From the NCBI RefSeq assembly GCF_006345805.1, contig NW_021825872.1, forward strand, positions 1-14,144: DNA of 14,144 nt, written 5' to 3'. The notes beneath the pieces were generated by a model. The model was not told the origin of the DNA and searched no databases. It was given only the letters and a program-made list of their open reading frames with translations. Origin of the DNA: Octopus sinensis (lineage: Eukaryota). Of this stretch, positions 9,465 through 14,144 are shown one piece after another; the stretch's first letter is position 1; each line of letters starts with the position of its first letter. The translations under genes were made by a program, and so were the position numbers.

Positions 9465-9609
9465 AGAAGCAAGCTGACTAAAAGGCCTCTACATCTTGAC
9501 ATTGATTTCTTATTCAATGTATTACGTAACTGTATGTATTGCGTACAGTGTATTACACATGATGTATTACAGAACTGAATTTAATGATAAAGCTTTGAAA
9601 CAAAGATTT

Positions 9610-9860
9610 ATCATCATTATCATCGTCGTTTAATATCCATTTTCCTTGCTGGTATGGGCTGAACAGTTTGACTGAGGTCTGGAGAACCAGCAGCTGCACC
9701 AGGGTCCAATCTGGTTATGTTTCTACAGCTGGATGCCCTTCCTAACGCCAACCACTCTGAGAGTGTAGTGGGTGCTTTCCATGTGCCACTGGCACAGGAG
9801 CCAGTCGGGGGCACTGGCGTCAGCCATGTTTGGACAATGCCTTTTATATGCCACCAGCAC
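9610..9860 (-). mobile_element. Inverted copy of the same RTE-like element
   Basis: Begins with an (ATC)n tail and contains CTGGATGCCCTTCCTAACGCCAACCACTCTG, the reverse complement of 9308-9338. Confidence 0.8.
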
Positions 9861-9867
9861 ACACACA

Positions 9868-9901
<34 letters not shown>

Positions 9902-9972
9902 TGTATCTAATTCATATACATATCATGTATATATATATATATATATATATATACAAATTAGATCCACTCAAC

Positions 9973-10170
9973 CACGGGTCCCCAAACTTTTTAGACCATC
10001 AACCCCTTCATGGAATCCTTGACCCCCCCTCATCAAACCCCAGGCATGTACAAGACAGTAAATACATAATAATAATAATAATTAAGCAGATGCGCATTTA
10101 TCGACCCCTTGAATAATCTAATCGACCCCCACCCCGCAGGGGTTGATACTGACCACATTGGAGGCCCCTG
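9973..10170. mobile_element. Probable hAT-type MITE, degraded
   Basis: Imperfect TIRs CACGGGTCCCCAAA / TTGGAGGCCCCTG. The 8-bp flanks CACTCAAC and CGCCAAAC (5/8 match) may be an eroded TSD. Confidence 0.5.
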
Positions 10171-10490
10171 CGCCAAACTGTTCTTCACCCTCGATATCAC
10201 CGTAACCCCTAGAACATATTTAATAACCAAGAAAGACACTGTGTGCAGATTGTAATTAAAACATAAGGAGAACAATTTCTGAAGTGTTTAACCAAGCATT
10301 AAAAGATCAGAAAAGACGAAATGGAATCCAAGCCACAACGGTAGATTAATTAAGGCAGCCAACAGTGAAATCTTACTAATTAATAAACAGGTTTCCATGA
10401 TATTATAATTGGGAATCTTACAATGGAATCTGGCCACGGAATCATAACAATGCCAACAGTCAGGTGCTTTACTTCTATTATTTGTGGGAG

Positions 10491-10837
10491 TAATATTATT
10501 ATTATTATTATTATTACTATTATTAATAATATTATTATTATTACTATTATTATTATTATTATTACTATTATTATTATTATTATTATCATTATTATTATCA
10601 TTATTATTATTATTTTTATTATTATTATTACTATTATTATTATTTTCATTATAATTATTATTATTAATATTATTATTACTATTATTATTACTATTATTAA
10701 TAATATTATTATTATTACTATTATTATTATTATTATCATTATTATTATCATTATTATTATTATCATCATCATTATTATTATTATCATTATTATCATCATC
10801 ATCATCAATATTATTATTACTATTATTATTATTATTA
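10491..10837. repeat. Long (ATT)n/(ATC)n/(ACT) trinucleotide tract
   Basis: Directly visible; accounts for the poly-I and poly-I/M ORFs. Confidence 0.97.
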
Positions 10838-11060
10838 ACGTTGTTAGTATTTGTAGTTCTAAGTTCAGTTGGTTTGATATTGCTAAAGCGTTAGTCACAC
10901 CACTCTGTTCGTATTTGCTGAGAAATTTTGAATTTGAGGATAAAAACAATTAAAATGGCTGAGTCTATAAGAAAATCTGTGGTTTTGGTAAAAGAAAAAC
11001 AAAAAAGAGAAATGAATTTCAGATATTTGTAATAAGCAGAACAAAAATATGAAATAGAGA

Positions 11061-11226
11061 GGCACAGGTGTGGCTGTGTGGTAAGAAGCTTGCTTGCCAA
11101 CCATGTGGCTCTGGGTTCAGTCCCACTGCATGGCACCTTTGGGCAAGGGTCTTCTACTGTGGCCTCAGGCTGACCAAAGCCTTGCAAGTAGAAAGTACAT
11201 TTGGGAAACTGAAAAGAAGCCTATCA
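11061..11226 (+). mobile_element. Diverged SINE 5' module
   Basis: Aligns with 4415-4575. Confidence 0.8.
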
Positions 11227-11230
11227 TATA

Positions 11231-11632
11231 CTCTTTTACTTGTTTCAGTCATTTGACTGCAGCCATGCTGGAGCACCGCCTTTTAATCGAGCAACTTGAC
11301 CCCCAAGACTTATTTTTTGTAAGCTCAGTACTTATTCTATCGGTCTCTTTTGCCGAAACGCTAAGTGACGGGGACATAAACACACCAGCATCGGTCGTCA
11401 AGCAATGCTAGAGGGTCAAACACAGACACACAAACATACACGCGCACACACACATATATATACATATATACGACAGGCTTCTTTCAGTTTCCGTCTACCA
11501 AATCCACTCACAAGGCTTTGGTCGCCTGGGGCTATATCAGAAGACACTTACCCAAGATGCCATGCAGTGGGACTGAACCCGGAACCATGTGGTTGGTCAG
11601 CAAGCTACTTACCACACAGCCATTCTTATGCC
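11231..11632 (-). mobile_element. Full-length CORE-like SINE (head, internal microsatellite, 3' body)
   Basis: Head at 11632-11471, (TA)/(TG) linker, body at 11420-11231. This copy defines the complete element structure. Confidence 0.88.
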
Positions 11633-11650
11633 TGTATATATATCTATATA

Positions 11651-11813
11651 CGACGGGCTTCTTTCAGTTTCCGTCTACCAAATCCACTCACAAGGCTTTG
11701 GTCTGCCCGGGGCTATAGCAGAAGACACTTGCCCAAGATGCCACGCAGTGGGACTGAACCCGGAACCATGTGGTTGGTCAGCAAGCTACTTACCACACAG
11801 CCACTCCTGTGCC
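11651..11813 (-). mobile_element. Extra SINE 5' module in tandem upstream of the full-length copy
   Basis: Near-identical to 11471-11632 and joined to it by a short TA-rich linker. Confidence 0.85.
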
Positions 11814-11850
11814 TATGTATATACTTTATTTAAGAGCAGCAGAAACTTAA

Positions 11851-11899
11851 CAAAAGCTGTTACTCGGAGTTTCACGTTCCCGTTCATCGGATAGTTTTG
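11851..11899 (-). ncRNA. Type I hammerhead-like motif, U4C core variant
   Basis: Minus strand reads CAAAACUAU-CCGAUGA-ACG-ggaa-CGU-GAA-ACUCCGAGU-A-ACAGCUUUUG. Stem I has one mismatch and one bulge; GUA triplet. Confidence 0.55.
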
Positions 11900-12016
11900 C
11901 TATATATATATATATATATATAAATATGCTATTTTTATATAAGCTTTAAGCTTATGGCGATCACTCCTGCACCTATATATATACATATAAATATATATAT
12001 ATATGTATATATATAT

Positions 12017-12223
12017 ATGTGACCTCGTGTGTACCGTTGGCGATTTTTTTTCCTCTGTCTTCCCTTCTCTGGATCTTTCCTTCTCCTATGTTTCTGACGA
12101 AGAGCTCCGCTCGAAACGTTAAACCCTCCTTCTTTCCTTCTTTCCTGAGCGTCCAATAATACTATATTTGTTTCCACATCCCGCGTTGTTGTTGTTTTTT
12201 TGTGCTTTCTTGTTTGGATTACT
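12017..12223 (+). mobile_element. Second copy of the hammerhead-bearing element of about 200 bp, flanked by (TA)n
   Basis: Reverse-complement homologue of 842-1032. Confidence 0.75.
12090..12124 (+). ncRNA. Minimal type I hammerhead ribozyme motif (extra A after A9)
   Basis: GUUU-CUGACGA-A-GAGC-ucc-GCUC-GAA-ACGU-U-AAAC; predicted cleavage after U12120. Confidence 0.72.
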
Positions 12224-12255
12224 TTATATATATATATATATTATATTATATATAT

Positions 12256-12754
12256 GTGTTGCGTGGTAAGAAGCTTACTTCCCAACCACATGATTCCAGG
12301 TTCAGTCCCACTGCGTGGCACCTTGGGCAAGTGTCTTCTACTGTAGCCTCAGGCCGACCAAAGCCTTGTGAATGGATTTGGTAGATGGAAACTGAAAGAA
12401 GCCCAAGCTGTGAACTTGGAACCTAATGGATGACCAATTATAGCACTTACACAGCATACCTATTCGTTTAAATCACGAATTAACTAACCCCCCCCCATAT
12501 CCTATGTATATGTGTGTATGCGTGTGTGTGTGTGTGATTGTCCCCCACCCCAGACCACTGCTTGACAATTGTTGTCGGTGTGTTTACATCCCCATAACTT
12601 AACAGTTTGGCTAAAGGACTGATAGAATGAATACTAAGCTAAAAAGAGGGGGAAAAAATAAGCCCTGGGGTTGATTTGCTAAACAAAAAACCCTTGAAGG
12701 CAGTGCTCCAGCATGGCCACAGTCAAATGACTGAAACAGGTAAAAGATAAAGAT
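12256..12754 (+). mobile_element. Older full-length CORE-like SINE interrupted by an insert of about 85 bp at 12405-12489
   Basis: Head 12256-12404, insert, (TG)n, then body 12538-12754. Confidence 0.8.
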
Positions 12755-12762
12755 ACCGAAAA

Positions 12763-13354
12763 ATCACTGGTCTGGATCGGTCCATTTTCCTCACAGCAGC
12801 CATATTCCTACCACTCTATGTCACGCTGGTGAGACCCATATTGGAGTACGGGATTCAAGCCTCTTCTCCTTATCTCCTCAAAGACATACAGCATCTTGAA
12901 AGAGTCCAGAAGCTGGCTACCCACATGGTTCTTGGTCTCAAGAATTTGTCTTATGAAGAAAGGCTGAAGACACTCGACCTTTATTCTCTAGAAGAACGAT
13001 GATGCCGTGGTGATCTCATTCTTGCTCACAACATCATAAGCGGAAAGTGTAACCTCTCGAAAGAGCTGTTCTTCACTCCTGCTCCAGAGCGTCAGCTGCA
13101 GGGTCATTCCAAAAGCTCTCTCTCTGCGCGACGATTTCATCTCAATCGAAGAGAGGGGCTTTCTCCGTCCGGTTGTGGATCCATGGAAAAGCTGCCGGAC
13201 GAGATGGTGAAGATGCGACGCCGCTCGGTTCAAAGTCTCCCTTGACCACAAGTGGCCTGAACTCTTTACATGAATACCACCCTGTACATAACTCCATGTC
13301 CCCCTACATGGCCTTGCTTTTTGCTTTTTGAGCCAAAAATTAACTAACTAACTA
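12763..13354 (+). mobile_element. 5'-truncated CR1-type LINE 3' end (degenerate ORF2 C-terminus, 3' UTR, (TAAC)n tail)
   Basis: Frame from 12763 reads LYVTLVRPILEY…DIQHLERVQKLAT…LSYEERLKTLDLYSLEER*CRGDLI…, the typical CR1 ORF2 C-terminus. Reconstructed stop at 13271-13273; tail TTAACTAACTAACTA. Confidence 0.88.
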
Positions 13355-13791
13355 CGTTAAAAGACAAAGACAACCTTGATAAGATTTGAACACGGAACAA
13401 CAGAGTCCAAAAAAATATGACAAGGTGTTTTATCCAATGCTCCAACGCCTCGACTAGTTCTCTACAATTTGGTGTTTCGGTGTTTTGGTGTTGGGAATTA
13501 TTTAACACAGGGAAAACTGAAGGTGTTTACACAGTCTTGATGGATTTACCATTTCCAAGAAGCCAGGATCAAAGGAATTCAGAATTCTTTGAGTTTGGAG
13601 CATTCACGTGTTCTTAGGCAGAGGTGTGTTGGTGAAGGTCAGAGAGTCTGGCTTAAAGATGGAAACAGATTTCCAAACCCAAAACATACGGGTTTTTTTT
13701 TATATTAATCCCCATCTGTCTGTGCTTTCGGTTCCGTCCATAATCTGCCGGTTTCTCTTCACCTCCTCACCACCACAGTTTTAACCAATGT

Positions 13792-14064
13792 GTGTGTATA
13801 TATATATATGTTTGTATGTGTATATATATATATATTATGTGTGTTGTGTGTGTATAGATAGAGAGAGAGAGAGATGGATAGATAGATATATGTGTATATC
13901 TATGTAAATGTATATGTTTTTGTGTGTGTTATATATACACATGTGTATATATATAATATATATATATATATATATTATATATATGTATATATATTATACG
14001 TATGTATATATGTATGTATATTTGTGTTTGTGTGTGTATTTATGTATGACCATACATCCTATGG

Positions 14065-14105
<41 letters not shown>

Positions 14106-14144
14106 TGTACACATACACACACACAAACATTTGCATACATATAT
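13792..14144. repeat. Compound (TA)/(TG)/(GA)/(CA) microsatellite
   Basis: Directly visible. Confidence 0.95.

Noticed and set aside
10380-10953. 176-aa and 189-aa poly-Ile ORFs
   Set aside because: Stop-free frames of the (ATT)n tract.
11945-11975. Possible SINE 5' remnant on the minus strand (TAGGTGCAGGAGTG)
   Set aside because: Only 14 bp match; downstream sequence does not align.
13376-13415. Second UUGAUAA followed by a weak stem
   Set aside because: Followed by CAAAA instead of GAAA, with no stem I or III.
13417-13617. Possible host exon (66-aa ORF in non-repetitive sequence)
   Set aside because: No recognisable protein similarity or clear splice signals; cannot be supported without transcript data.

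Overview
Eukaryotic, repeat-saturated non-coding window with no supportable host gene. The repeat families look like those of an octopus (coleoid cephalopod) genome; this is recognition, not a database result. It contains one near full-length RTE-clade LINE (about 4.9-8.65 kb; APE endonuclease plus RT, broken mainly by single-base deletions, with a triplicated 3' end) and a 5'-truncated CR1-type LINE 3' end. It also holds many copies of two tRNA-derived SINE families (one as 184-bp multimers), RTE-like non-autonomous elements, a probable hAT MITE and long microsatellites. The most notable unannotated signal is four minimal type I hammerhead ribozyme motifs from three unrelated short elements embedded in (TA)n tracts. 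Each has a self-complementary stem III and a different core variant (U3-A8 compensatory pair, extra A after A9, U4C). Several closely spaced inverted repeat pairs could form long dsRNA.
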